A stretch of DNA of 64,000 nt from Eledone cirrhosa (Eukaryota), in the NCBI GenBank assembly GCA_964016885.1, contig OZ024743.1, positions 340,132,001-340,196,000 of the forward strand. The letters are read 5' to 3'. The position numbers and the translations under genes were made by a program. The notes under the pieces are model-generated. The model saw nothing but the letters and a program-made list of their open reading frames with translations. It did no database searches and was not told the origin of the DNA. The first letter of the stretch is position 1, and each line of letters begins with the position of its first letter. This document shows, piece by piece, positions 1 to 13,461 of this stretch.

Positions 1-300
1 GGATTGAATATTGTTTTATAATTGTTTGTATATCTTCTACATAATTTTGCTATTTACTCATGACGTATTTGAGACACCAACTTATTATTGCTGCTACTTT
101 ACTCATGGAAAATGTGTCTAGTATTCGCACGGAGGGAACATTTTCAAAGTAATAGTCAACTCATGCTGTGATTAGACCATATTTCCCCTTCAACAGTCTT
201 CAGTTATGGCTTTGCTGATCAGTAATTGATCTTAAAAATACGTGAGCCTTCCAAGCATTCATTCGGTTCTTCTGGAAGTGAGTGATATCTTTTCTTTTCA

Positions 301-725
301 TACATACATGGACACACACACACATATCCATGCACACATACGCACATACACAACCACACGAACAAACACACATACGCACGCAACCAGAGTGATGTTCCTG
401 TATATGGTGCATACCCATTTTCAAATGCGAAGACATGCTTATATGCATATACACATGCATACATTCAAGAATACACCATACACCAGACATTCACATATAT
501 ACACGTACACAGACGTACACACATGTACACACACGTACACACACGCACACACACATATACATACATATGTTATATCTAGAAAAACACGTGGTAAAAACAA
601 CAAAACGAAGTTTAAACAACATTCAGGTAAAATATGGGGGTATGTATGTGAAAACTCTGTGGGATATCTTAGAAATGTGTTTGGAAAAATAATTGGAAAA
701 TTAATTGAAAACTAACGCAACTATG

Positions 726-762
<37 letters not shown>

Positions 763-800
763 AATGTATGTATGTATACATGCATGCATGTATGTATGTG
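301..800. repeat. Degenerate (CA)n/(TACA)n/(TA)n/(TATG)n low-complexity tract
   Basis: Visible simple repeats; they generate the HTHT/CVCV ORFs in the track. Confidence 0.9.
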
Positions 801-1502
801 TATGTAGTTATATACATACGCATGGGAATGCATGCGAAGAATACAAATACATTATTGTTGGCAATCATTTCATTTATTTATAATTGCACACTGATAAACA
901 TTCGTAAATGCCTTCGTGTGCAACTGCTTGTGTGTTCACATACTTGAAGTTTCATACACGTATAATTCGCAAGCTCATCTTCACGGATGGGAAGACAGAA
1001 AAAGAAAGAAAGAAAGAAAGAAAGATATTGAAAGAGATAGTGAGAAAGAAAGAGAGGAATGTGTAACAATATTAATTAGGAATCTGGCATGTAGTTGTAA
1101 GGTAAAGCTTAGAAAACAAACACACACAATGCTCATTGTATGTAGTTTGAAGAGGCAAGCACGCACTTACGTAAATACACAAAAATATACACTTATGATC
1201 ATATACATATCTAGATGCGTTAATGTGTAAGAGTGCTGTTGAATGGGGGTAGTGAGAACATTAGGTGGTACTAAGGGAAAACAATAAGGTCACAAGCTAA
1301 CAAATAAATATAAAACATTATACAACAATGAATGAAGAAGAAATAAAAAAAAATACCTCAATTCTTTTTTAGACTCAGAAAATTTGAATAACAATTAAAA
1401 AATCTGAAAGCTAAACAATAAAAAACTGAATTAAAATAAAATTAGAAAACTAACATAGGATAGGAATATGGCAACTTTCTCTCTCTCTCTATATATATAT
1501 AA

Positions 1503-1947
1503 CTAGCAGAGGTACCCGGCGTTGCTCGGGTATTAAATAGCAGTTGTGTATACCATTTATGTCAATACTTCAGTGCTACTTCGAAAATTATACTTTTACA
1601 AAATCATCGGCTTTTTCCAAAAGAGGGTTCCTGCCCACCAGGGGTCCCCTACTCAATATGTGCCAATTCTTAGAGTTCACATTCATCTGTAGGACAAACG
1701 TAGCCCATGTGTCAAGTTTTGTGAAAATCGGTTGCGAACTCCAGAAGTTATGACGTTTTGTTGCATTGCACTGCAGTTCTTCAGTGGACTCCAAGGAAGT
1801 GGCTAAAAGGGGTTATCTGCCGGAAGGCCCTATAATCAATATCTGGAAAAATGAAAGTGCCCATGACCATCCGGAGTACATAAGTAACCTATGTCTTAAG
1901 TTTGGTGAAAATACTGTAGAAATGCATAAGGTTTATACACGCGCGCG

Positions 1948-2028
<81 letters not shown>

Positions 2029-2666
2029 TTGTGTGCGCGCGCGTGTGGGGGGGGGGGTATTTGTGTGTGCGTATGTATGTGTATGTCCGTCGGGGCATAC
2101 GTATGTACTGGCCTAAATCTTCAATATTTACTTTTACTATTTTAATAACCTCTGTCATTTTCGTTTTCAATTTTATTTACATCATTCTTAAACTCCGGGG
2201 CTGGAAATCATTCTGTTATGTTAAATAGAATATTTGTCTAACGACTCCATTTATACCATAAACTTGGTCTTGTCTTTGCATGAGATTGTTCTTCACGCTC
2301 TACATAACGACGTATTATCCTCGCTTTTTTTCCGTTCATTGCCAGGGAACATCTTCACGAACCAAAATATCGTCTTCCTGTTTTCGTTCGGTTGGAACGT
2401 TTCTCGAAATATTTACTTCTGCGTTCACAGATTACTTTCAGTTCAATTTGAATGGGAAATTCCTGTTTCATCGATATTCTCCGTAACCATGGAAGCTTGT
2501 ACCCTAAAAGTCGACCCAACGCCTCCTCGGGTCATTCTGCATAACTGTGTAAATTTTCGCTGCATTCCACCAAGCCGTTTCGACGTTTATCCGACTACAC
2601 TTACTTACTTACTTAAATATACACTTAAATATACAACGTCCAACCACTTCCAATTTATATAGTAGA
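1503..2666 (-). mobile_element. Non-autonomous Helitron
   Basis: On the minus strand it begins TC(TACTATATAAA) at 2666 and ends CTAG at 1503. A subterminal hairpin TACCCGGCGTTGCTCGGGTA lies at 1513-1532. Flanks are A|T with no TSD. Internal (GT)n at 1951-2047. Confidence 0.75.
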
Positions 2667-2972
2667 TAAAATAAGGGACAAACGTTAGACTGGCGGATAG
2701 AATGCTCTGCGCGCAAAGTTAAAATCTCGCCGAAGTCAACTTGCTTTTCATTCTTTCGAGGGCGATAAATGAAATAATAGTCAAGTATGGGATTCGGTTC
2801 TTCCTCTCTATCTCTTTATCACTTCTTCTCTATTACTCTTTCTCATTCCCTAGAAGAAATCAGCTATGTTCAGGCCTCAAGTGGGATGGGTTCCGTCAGG
2901 TTTAAAATGCCCGAGAAATAGCATATGTCATTACGTCATCCTACGACCCTATTAAGAGTTACTGGTTTATAA

Positions 2973-3064
2973 ATACATACATGCATACATACATACATAC
3001 ATACATACATACATACATACATACATACATACATACATACATACATACATACATACATGCATAC

Positions 3065-3095
<31 letters not shown>

Positions 3096-3145
3096 CATAT
3101 ATGCAGATAGGCATACATGCATACATGCATACAGACAGACAGACA
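2973..3145. repeat. (TACA)n/(TA)n microsatellite
   Basis: Direct reading. Confidence 0.95.
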
Positions 3146-3244
3146 TATTATACAGAATATAGAAAAAACCCTGGTATAAGCTGTTTAATTTGCATGATGT
3201 GCATACAATAATGTCTGTGATGTCTTACATTTGATTTGTAATTC

Positions 3245-3760
3245 GAGGGAGATTTGTCTGTTATTTCTAGTAAGTCTTGCGAACTGATATATATTTCTTC
3301 ATTGGCTCATGTGATTTGAGGATGATTCGGCTGCTAATTCCACCGGATCAAGCTAACACGTGAAATATTTGTCGTTGACCTCTGTAATTTGAGTGTTACT
3401 AAGCTGCTATTGCCTGTTCATATAAAGATTCAAGTGTTGTCTCTTGTAATGTGAGTGTAACTTAGCAGTTATTTGTAGCTAATCATGTGACTAGGCAGAG
3501 ACTAATCTCATTAGATCGTGTGATTTGCGGGAGACTTGGCTGCTATTTCTAACAGGTCGAGTAGCTACGTAGATACTCCGCCGTTGTCTCATGTGATTCC
3601 AAAGAGACCTGGCTATTATTTCAAGCTGATTGAGCGACCACTTTCAAGCTTCCTCACTTGTTTGTCCAATATGACTTCATTTTCCTTTTTTAAGACTGTA
3701 GGGTATCTATTGCCTGAAAGAGATTTGGCTGCTATTTCTAGCTACATCGAGCGACTACGT
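3245..3760 (+). repeat. Degenerate ~70-bp tandem repeat with core GAGATTTGGCTGCTATTTCTAG
   Basis: Core recurs near 3249, 3321, 3400, 3460, 3531, 3604 and 3720; isolated copies near 45166 (+) and 62835 (-). Confidence 0.65.
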
Positions 3761-3971
3761 ATGACTTTCAAAGATTTGATATGCTATGAGAAAATGTCTA
3801 TAACAAATTTAGTTCTTCAGAGTCAGGATAACAATTCAATAACATAAATAATCTAAAGCTAACTGAATTTATATTGGTAAATACGCAGGGAGGGTCATGC
3901 TGTCAATAAAATCACACACACATCAGTTGAGTTTCACTTCGGTTTTTATTTCCAGTCAGGTCATTTCCTTT

Positions 3972-4101
3972 GGTAAGCTTTGCCTTTCATCCTTACGGGG
4001 TCGATAAAATAAAGCACCAGTAATGCACTGGATTCGATTTAATCGACTTTTCTTTCCCCACCAAAATTGTTGGTCTTGTGCCTAAATCAAAAACCATTAT
4101 T
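3972..4101 (+). mobile_element. SINE family 1, 3' part
   Basis: Contains CTTTGCCTTTCATCCTTACGGGGTCGATAAAATAAAG shared with the full copies. Confidence 0.8.
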
Positions 4102-4854
4102 AGTCAGGTAACTAATCCATTCATCGATTGGTTTAGAAACCAGATAACTATTTAATTGTCAAAGCTCTTTTGTCACATAGTCTGTGACCTGAATAACTAT
4201 TTCTGTTCTCTGTATCTCGTTTTCGATTCGATTTTATTCCAGGTGCATGTTTTTATTGGCGGCCTAACCTTTCCAAAGTATAACAATATCTTTTTCAGCA
4301 TGTGATTCCACATGAAGAATCTTGCAAAACATACAAAAATGAAATATTATATAGCTGTCCATGTATTTATTTTATTTTTGTTCTTTTACATTGAAAACTT
4401 CTCTGTGGTGTTATTTCAGTTTAGCGGTTTGAACATGCAATTTTCTAATAAATTGCATTATCAAAGACCATAATTTATTTTATATTTCATATTCTCGAGA
4501 CATGGTTATTAGAATGTGCTATATACAAAAATCAAAATTTGAGAACCATAATTTGATACATTTTTTTCATATGTAGCGATAATCTAAGTGATATTTTGAT
4601 ATTTGATATCAACTTTTATAACAAGGATAACACGTTAATGATTATTTTACCCAACAAGGAAAACAACAATTACACAGTAATATAACCATCAAATGTATTA
4701 ATGAAAATCAGTAAAGGATGTCTAGACACGATACATATCTATCATTAGTCGTTTTCCAATTCTCACTTAAAACAAAAAATGCAATTCTATATAGTTTCAA
4801 AGCATAAGCAGTATTATATAGATTTGTCCAGAATAACTTAGATAATTTAGACAT

Positions 4855-5010
4855 AATGTGGTAAGAAGTTTGCTTCACAACCAAATAGTTCCAGGTTTGG
4901 TCCTATGTGCACTATCATTAGAGAAGTGTCTTCAACTATGGCTTTAAGTCGATCCAAAGTTGTGGGCGAAAATGTGTAGACGGAAATTTTACGGAAGCCT
5001 GTCAGATGAA
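4855..5010 (+). mobile_element. Degenerate tRNA-derived SINE (separate family)
   Basis: GTGGTAAGAAGTTTGCTTCACAACC head; related minus-strand pieces near 14770-14860 and 46975-47110. Confidence 0.5.
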
Positions 5011-5273
5011 CTATATAAACTCTAGGATGACAGACTTGATCCGTCGCACAGTTTAAATTCGACACCTAATTTTTGAATGCCTTCCATGGAGGTCACCCTG
5101 TTGCAAGCATTAGTCTACGAATAATTTCCTACCTAAATTAAATTAGCTTTGGAGCATTGACTCTACTATTTCTAAACTATAAGCCCCTATTTTTTTTTGC
5201 AAGTTTGATTTATGGTATACTAATAGATATGCCCAGGTATTGTATGGAAGTAAGCTATATAGCAATGTGGACC

Positions 5274-6060
5274 TTATCGCATACACCTGTTCACTCCAAA
5301 GCCTCGCGATAAACTTTTTGTGCCCTCTGGTGCTACGAGGAGCCCATCAGAATTCCAAACTCTTGAAATACCGACATAAATCTGACCACATGTAAAGACA
5401 GGATCCTCCAAGTTCGTTCCAATAACTTCAAGATTTATTGATGGACACGGCGTGCTGAGTCTGACAGGAAATTGAAACCTTTGAAAATAAAATGACAAAC
5501 CACTTAACTTCAGTATTATTCTAGGAATGAAACAACAAACACTAGAACAAAAAAACTTATATGATACATAGAGTATCATACTCTTCATGGTGAGCCTTGT
5601 TCCATTGCAAAAAAATTGGAGGATCTAGGTTATGAAGTAACATAATTCATTCTCTGAGCTTTTGCAACAGATTGTGTGGAAGGATTCTATGTGCTGCGAG
5701 TTAAGAAATTCGGTTGGGTCATTTACAAATTTGTCCCGTGAAGTGATTACGTCTACTGATTTGCAGCATATTTTCTCTCATAGTGAGCAGATCACGTGGC
5801 CGCATGTTGTGATCCCCTACAGTTACATTTTTCGGAGGTAAGATTGATTGTTCGCGAAGCTGTTTGGGATCACACCGTCTGTGAATATTAGGAAAGGCCC
5901 CAGAAATCAATTCTTGTTTGTTTCAATGATATGGCCGAATGATAATTGCATTTGGTCATCGGTGTCTCTTTCAAAAATAGTATTTGACGTTTGGATTAGA
6001 TGGATGGCGAACTCACCAACAGCACCATCATCTGTTAAGTGCACTGGAATAGTTGGGAGT
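5274..6060 (-). pseudogene. Helitron Pif1-like helicase C-terminal fragment
   Basis: FQRFQFPVRLS...LEDPVFTCGQIYVGISRV matches the RQFPVRL...PVFSHGQLYVALSRV motifs; frameshifted. Confidence 0.75.
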
Positions 6061-6064
6061 AAAG

Positions 6065-6067
<3 letters not shown>

Positions 6068-6139
<72 letters not shown>
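6068..6139. repeat. (ATT)n microsatellite, 5' flank of Tx1-A
   Basis: Direct reading; resumes at 11907-11930. Confidence 0.95.
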
Positions 6140-6354
6140 GGCGACCTACGTAGTAAATCGTATCATCGTGAGCTCCGCAAAGGTTTGTTGTTTTCGTTTG
6201 TTAAAAATTGCCATTTATGGAAAATTTTTATTGTTAACTGTATATAAACGCAAACACATTGTTTTCCGAAAAGGACACTCAAAAAGATTGGGGCCTTGAG
6301 CCCAAAATTTAAACTTTTATAATTATCAAACAAAAAAACTTTCTTTGAAACATC

Positions 6355-8320
6355 ATGGCTGACTCAGATTCACTCCTTTCTCACAAACTAACACCTCACA
6401 CCGACACCATCATTGTAAATATTACTACGTTTGCCAACACTAAAGATATAAGCAGTAGCAATATTTTAAATTTGTCTCAGGCAGACATTCATTTCCCGCC
6501 ATTACCAATGACTGCAGGTGTTAAAGCCGCCACCACCACCAACACCACCACCGCGACAACAGAAACAAAAGAAAAAAATAAATTAACTCGTGATATCGAA
6601 ATGAATTCAACCAAAAACCAAAATGAACTCTTCCACACCGAACACCACTGACGCCACCTCCACCACAACCGAAACTAAAATTAATAATAACAAAAATAAC
6701 GATAACAACAACAGCAACAATGACATTAAGAAAACCACCCTGAGTTTTGCCAGAGTAGCAAAACAGTGCGAGGCATTTCAGGTAACCCAGGAGGAATTAG
6801 AAGAAGCCAAAAAAATGGTAAAGAAAGATGGGTACAGGGTCAGCCCCCCCCCCACCTAATAAAATGGAGCATCGGCGCCTATGCACCGTGTCTTATCGAA
6901 CAATTAATATAAAATCGCGCCGAGTGGAACGGGCATCCGAGTCCCAAATCCAAAAAGCTTTGGGATATGTGTGGGCAAAAAAAAACCCACATCAGACGTG
7001 GGCAGAAGTATGGAACTGTGGACGTGTTCTTTGAAACACCACAGGAGGCTAGAGAACACTCCATGGCCCTATTAAGAAGTGACGACTTCACACTCGTCCC
7101 AAGCTATTGTGGCCAGGGACTCGTAAAGATCAGGATGACCCACGTTCCACCGGCCATCGAAATTCCCTGGCTAATAGCTGCCGTCCTCGCCGGCATCGAA
7201 GCCAACACCAAGATAATAGCAATAGCGAAAGAAAAGCAGGAGAACTGGTCCGGATCTGGGATGGAGCTCCTGATCCAAGCGGACCAAAAAAGCATTGAGG
7301 AGATCCCATAGGTAATAGACCTCACTGACGGCAGCCACCTCACCGTAATTGTCGAGGGCAGAAGGCCTAGGTGTGTCGTTTGTGGTGAAGGAACCCACCT
7401 AAGGGCTTTCTGCCCTCAGGCTAAAAGGTTGAGGCCACCTCTCTTACCCCCCCCAGTGACTCAACCATCAACACCACCATCAGCAGAGATGGCAGCAACA
7501 ACTATAGCAGCAACAACAGAAGCAACTATAACAGCAACAACCCCAGCAACAGTAGCAAAACCAACACCACCACCACCCAACGTTTCAGAACTAGCACCAG
7601 CGCCTACACCATCCACCACGCCACAACTAAAACTAACGCCCGTGGAGGATTTTCCACTCCCTGGCCTATCACAACTGGAGACAGATTGTGACGACGAGGA
7701 GTGGGAAACGGTATCAGGAAAAAAGAAAAAAAGAAACCAAAAAAGAAAAAAATTCTCTTCCTTCCCCCTCCAAAAACAAAATACAGAGGGAAACAAATAA
7801 ACTATCAAACAAAAAAGTTAGGACAGATATGCCACCATCCACACCAGCATCACCAACCCCATCACCCCAAACACCAACACCATCACCATCATTAACCCCA
7901 ACACCACCACCACCTACACCACAAAAGTCACCAAAAAGCGAAACAGAAACAAACCCACAACAAACACAAACAAAACAAAACAACCAAAACGATACTCACT
8001 ACACAGCATTAAATTTGAACAACAACTAATTATTACACTACATCCAACACAACACCAGCATCACAGAAAAAGTCTACACAACAACCCAAAAGTTCACACC
8101 ACCTCCACACATACAAATCACTCGCATCACACAGAAAACGTACATGACACTAAAACAAAAATTCCCCAAAGATATCGGAGACTTCCGACAAGCACTCTCC
8201 AGGAGGATTTATAAGGACATCCTTCCTGAGGAGGCCACAAGCAGTGAAAAGGATGGAGAAACCGTCCTTCATCTACGAGAAGTAAGGTAAGTGGTCTTTC
8301 CCATCTTTTCCACTCCATTT
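6355..8320 (+). pseudogene. Tx1-A ORF1 (RRM-like region, CCHC zinc knuckle, Pro/Thr-rich tail), disrupted
   Basis: RRGQKYGTVDVFF; VEGRRPRCVVCGEGTHLRAFCP near 7350-7415; stops and frameshifts. Confidence 0.75.
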
Positions 8321-8324
8321 CAAC

Positions 8325-11300
8325 ATGACCTCACTCAGAATAGGCAGCATAAATGTGCGTGGCTTGGGGTCGTCATGGAAGCAGGGCCACATGCTCAACG
8401 ACCTCAGGTCACTAAACATAGATGTAGTGGCCATCAGCGAGACCAGAATCTCTGAAACACGGGCCTTCGCACCGATCTTCGGCGGCTACGATGTGTACGC
8501 ATCTCCCAGCCGTCCGGGACCGGGGGAGGAGTTGCTGTGCTTTTTCGAAGAGGTTTGGATCTTGCCATACGGGCCATCTTCCTGGACCCAGAAGGTAAGT
8601 TGGTGGTGCTGGACGTGACCAGCGGAGACGGGCAAGCTTTCAGGTTAGTGGCCGTCTATGCCCCGACAGGAGCAGGGCGGCCTGATTTCTTCCAGCGTCT
8701 GGAGACCTTTCTTGGAACGTCCCGCTCTTTAGTGTTAGTGGGCGACTGGAACGGGATCTTAGATGCATGCTGGGACTGTGGTATTAGTGGATAGGGGAGG
8801 AGGGTGCAAGAATCTCACCAACCTGCTCAGGCGTTTTGAACTGTCTGACAGGTACCGATTGGATTTCCCGAATGTGCGAATGTGGACTTGGACAAATCGC
8901 ATAGGATCATCCAGATCATATCTAGATAGAGTATTTTGTAGGGAAATAGATAGGTCTAGCATAGGCTGTCCACAATTCAAGATAGTCAGCTACACGGACC
9001 ACAAATTCGTGATCTGTGTGCTTGACTTAGATAGGCTTCATAGACGAGGACCCGGCTACTGGAAGCTAAACGCGTCCTTACCAGCGCGCAAGGCCTACAG
9101 AGACCGGATTAGCGAACTAGTTAAGCGGGCGTTGACGGGGGCCATCGTCAACAACAAGTGGTGGTTTGCTCTGAAAACAGCAATTAGAATAGAGTCCATT
9201 AGGTTTAGTAAGGCTTTAGCAATAGAGAAAAATAGAGCAGAGGGAGAACTAGTTAGAAAATTAGACGAGGCGTTTAGCAAAGGCATCGCGACCGACGTAC
9301 TTGCGGCGAAATTGGCCCTTGACCAATTCTTCAATGAAAAGCACGAAGGCTGCGTTGTCAGAGCTAGGGTGCGTGCTCTCAGACACGAGGGGACGAAAGC
9401 CGTTCAATGGGCCCGAGTAGCGGAGGCGCGTCGTGGCAACAAAGCCACGATCGGGTCTTTGGTGGACCACGACGGGCGCATGCTACTCGATCCCGGGCAA
9501 ATGTGTCAAGCTTTTCAGCGACACTTCACCCAGCTGTTCGGGGGCAGCGGCGGGCCGGATCGAGGGATGGACTTTAGTGTCTACCTCGACGGACTGCCGC
9601 GGCTCTCGGCCACTGAGGCGGAGTGTTGCGAAAAGCCGATAACAGCCGCTGAAGTACGGGAGGCAATGACTGGCTGCACTAGGGGTAAATCGCCTGGTTT
9701 GGATGGTCTGCCCTATGAACTTTACGTACAGATGCCAGACTTGTTCGGAGGCCTCTTGGCGGACGTCTACTGCAACTGGCAACAGAACGGGAGAATTCCC
9801 AGCTCTGTGAGCCGAGGAGCTGTGGCGCTGCTGAGAAAGGATCCGAACAAGGGGGATAACATAGATAATTTCAGGCCCATAACTCTGCTAAACACAGAGT
9901 TCAAGATTTTGGCCAAGGTGCTAGCAAAGAGGTTGGCGCTTGTCGCCATTCCCGACAGATCCATCCACGACAACCTCCACCTCATGCGATATATCGTAGA
10001 GAGGGTAGCTAGGGAACCTGGCACGAGTGGGTCCTTGATCAATTTAGATCAGTCGAAAGCTTTCGATAGGGTCGACCATCGTTACCTAGCGGCAGTCCTG
10101 AGGGCGGCTGGCTTTGGGCCCGTCTTTAGAGGCTGGATCGTTGCCATGCACAGCGACATCTGCTCTGTGGTGAGAGTGAACGGTCACCTTTCGGAACCGT
10201 TCAACATCATGGGCTCGGTCCGCCAAGGATGTCTCCTCTCGTCCCTCTTGTACGTATTGACTCTCGAGCCATTACTGCACAAACTGGAGACGTTGAGGGG
10301 GGTCCCGCGCGAACTAGGATGCGGAAGATCCGTGTCAGCATATGCGGACGATGTCACCGTAGTGGTGTCGAACGCCAAGCACATCGAGGCGATTGGCACT
10401 ACACGAGAATACGAAGCGTTGACAGGAGCAATGATCAACCAGGAAAAGTCAGTGGGCCTGCAGCTCGGCACCTGGAGAGGCAGGTCCATGCCGTCCAACA
10501 GCGTCGTCGGACGCTGGACGGACGGACCGGTTAAATTGCTAGGGGTCTGGTTCGTTCCGGACCTCCAGACGGACAAAAACTGGGACGAGGTGACGACCAG
10601 GGTGGCTTCTCTCCGCCAGAAATGGGCGGAGAGGAAGCTATCCCTGAAAGGTCGAGCGGAGGTGGCTAACGCGTACCTTGTCCTAAGCCCCGCCTGACTG
10701 CGCTGGAGCGTTTGCTCTTTCGCTTTTTGTGGAAGGGACGCGCTCCGATGGTCAGGCGGTCCATCTGCTGTCAACACCCGCTACGTGGAGGGCTGGGCAT
10801 GCCGTGGCTGACGATGCGCAGACACGCGCTCAGGCTACGACATCTCCACCTCTTCCTCGACGGTGATCAGGTGTGGTCGCCGTTTGCTAGACACGTCTTT
10901 CCCCAGCTCGTCTCCTTGACGGAGCTGCAGTCCTGGGTTAAGCGAAAACCGAGAGGGAGTGCCTGGAGACTTCAGGCGCTCACAGCCCTCGACCAATCGG
11001 GCAATGTGATCGGTGGAAACTCCACCTTGGCTTTCTATAGAGGAATTAGTGGAGGGGAAGAGCGACGACGTACTTGGAGAAACTCTAGGCGTCGACGAAA
11101 ATCAACTAGCCAATCTCTTTGGAAGGACTTTCGGGCCGGGCCTATGGACAACTTCCAGAAATCCCTGGCCTGGCAGTGCTACCGAGGAGCTTTGCCAATT
11201 CGGGATAAACTCTACAGGCATGGAGGTGCCGTCAGCCGGGCATGTCCGACATGCGCGCAGGGCGACGAAACCGTCCTGCACGCACTCGTCCAGTGTCCGA

Positions 11301-11659
11301 GCATTGCTGACTTGTGGGTTTATGTCGAACACCTGCTGTCACGTGTAGGACGGATCTAGCTATCAGCTGAGTCCATCGTGAGGATTGCCCCGCCCTCTAC
11401 CTTTAGCCGGGAAGGGCAGACAGTTTTTATCTGTCTGGTGACCATGGCGAAAGAGATAGTATGGTGGACACGTTTGAAAGGGCTGAAGACGAGCACTTAC
11501 CTCTTCGGTGATGCCCTGATTAACTTTTTCAAATTTCATTTGAAAAGGAAAATCAGTGTCGAGAGGGAAGTGCTCTCTTCCCAGCATTTTGTTGAAAGAT
11601 GGGTGAGAGAAGCAAGTATGGCCCGAGTGAATGGGCCTACTCTGAGTATCTGTCTGTAA
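8325..11659 (+). pseudogene. Tx1-A ORF2: APE endonuclease + reverse transcriptase + C-terminal zinc finger, frameshifted
   Basis: SINVRGL, VYAPT, GDWN, YLDR, TDH (APE); KSPGLDG, RPITLLN, DQSKAFDRV, VRQGC, YADD (RT); CPTC...ETVLHALVQC. Confidence 0.92.
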
Positions 11660-11931
11660 ATTAAAGGTGGAAAACTGGGAGAGGTCACTTGCCCTGGTGG
11701 TCAGGGTCACTGTTGCTTTTTAATGGGCTTTCTCCACAAATGTCCCTCGGAAGTCTCCCCCCTATTGGGGAATTTTTCATTGTTATTTTTTTTATTACAC
11801 CCTCTGTTTTTTTACACGCAGAAATGCCCATTTGTACCGGCCTGTATTGTCCTGTACTGTCCTTAATGTCTACTTTATGTAAACCCTTGTGGTTAATAAA
11901 GAAAGCATTATTATTATTATTATTATTATAA

Positions 11932-12126
11932 TTGGCGGTGAATTGGTAGTATCGGTAGGGGGTCGGACGCCATGCTTTCCAGCATAGTTACGTACCTTTA
12001 CGGTCTGAGTTCAAATCCCGTCGAGGTTAACTTTGCCTTTCATCCCCACGGGGTCGATAAATTAAAGTACCAGTAATGTACTGGGTAATTGCTGGACTTG
12101 TGCCAAAAGTAGAAACAATTATTATT
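11932..12126 (+). mobile_element. SINE family 1 (tRNA head, MetaSINE-like core)
   Basis: A-box-like TGGTAGTATCGGTAG, B-box GAGTTCAAATCC, core GCCTTTCATCC..GGGGTCGATAAA..GTACC, (ATT) tail. Confidence 0.9.
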
Positions 12127-13243
12127 CCATTTAACCCATATTTATATTTATGTGTCTGCTACATTAGAGCAAAAATTCAAATTCTATTTAATCTTATCAT
12201 TTGGGATATTTTGAGGAATTACAGATAAAGTTTGTTTTAAATTACCAGTAGGAATCATGTAAAGCACACAGGACAAGTAATTTCTACCCCAGTATAGCAG
12301 CTGGTCGACAAACAGTCGGCGATTACAGTCGGAGAAGACGAAAATTATTCAGTAGCCTGGCAGAATGATTCTACCTGTTTTTAGCGAATATAAATCCGTC
12401 GTCCATTTAACACAGCCTTACTTTTGAGTAACTGTTTTTGAACGGTAAACGTAATCCCTCACCAAATATACCAACACAACGTGACTTTAAGTTGCTTTTA
12501 ACGAAGTCCACTCCATAGTAAGAATTCGCGCTAGATCACCGATCTGAGATGAACATTCTCGCTTTCTTCCATAAGACTCGGGGTTCCTGCAAAGAGTCAG
12601 GGGAGGATGCGTTGTTCCACAAAAAAGTGAATGAGTAACAATTGCTAAATTCCATTTTTGTTGTTATATATGTATGCTTGTGTTGGTCTAAATGTCTACA
12701 TTTATACCAACATATACGAAAGCTGCTTTAATTTTAATTCAATTTGCGAGATTACAAACACCTAATTTATTAAATTCATGACGATGGACATTTTATTAAG
12801 ACAAGGTCAGAATTTGCTTTGCAATCATAACTATTGCAGACACAAATACAGCATTATATTGACGTTTTGCTTATTTGGTAATAATATTATTAATGTCTCT
12901 TCTATTGTATAACTTTAATATTAACCATTTACAACATAAATGGGTAAACAATGGAAATAGATATTTCCTTGACTTGAAATATATTCTCTCTGTAAACTTT
13001 GTTTTCTCCTTCTCTCCCCATACGTATTATTAATTCCCCATTTCATTAAGTATGATGGCTCTAAGCTGACTTTTATTTTTCATATACCCGTGTTTTACGT
13101 TTAGGTAATTTTCTATAATTAACAATAAATATTTATTACATTCTTTTAGGCCTGACAACCCAAGGAAAGTAATATTTCTGCTATTAGTTTACTAGACATA
13201 TCGACCTAAGATACATAATCATTCTGTTATTAGTTTACAGACA

Positions 13244-13461
13244 AAAGGGTGGTGGATTGGAAGTATCGGTAGAAAGTCGAACACTATGCTTTGCAGCATA
13301 GAATTACGGCCCTTTACAGTCTGAGTTTAAATCCTGCCGAGGTTAACGTTGCCTTTCATCCTTACGGGGTCGATAGAATGAAGCAGTAGTAACGTACTGG
13401 AGTCAATATAATCGACCTTCCCTTTCCCCAAATTACTGGCCTAGTGCCTATACTAGAAATC
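13244..13461 (+). mobile_element. SINE family 1
   Basis: Family consensus; 15-bp TSD ATTAGTTTACAGACA at 13229-13243 and 13462-13476. Confidence 0.9.

Larger units (their letters stand above)
6140..11906 (+). mobile_element. Apparently full-length Tx1/L1-clade LINE (Tx1-A) within (ATT)n
   Basis: 5' UTR, ORF1, ORF2 and a 3' UTR ending AATAAAGAAAGC; (ATT)n on both sides. Confidence 0.9.

Noticed and set aside
200-1230. ORFs rich in CV/HT/YI dipeptides (also 25090-25353, 53752-54011, 60987-61943)
   Set aside because: Stop-free translations of microsatellites; no coding evidence.
9095-10777. Recurrent antisense ORFs in Tx1 ORF2 (e.g. MIRAPPKPG... in several copies)
   Set aside because: Shadow frames of GC-rich RT sequence, repeated only because the elements are paralogous.
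13150-13168. Possible 19-nt micro-exon (TTTTAG|...|GTAATA)
   Set aside because: Such signals arise by chance in AT-rich DNA, and there are no supporting neighbouring exons.
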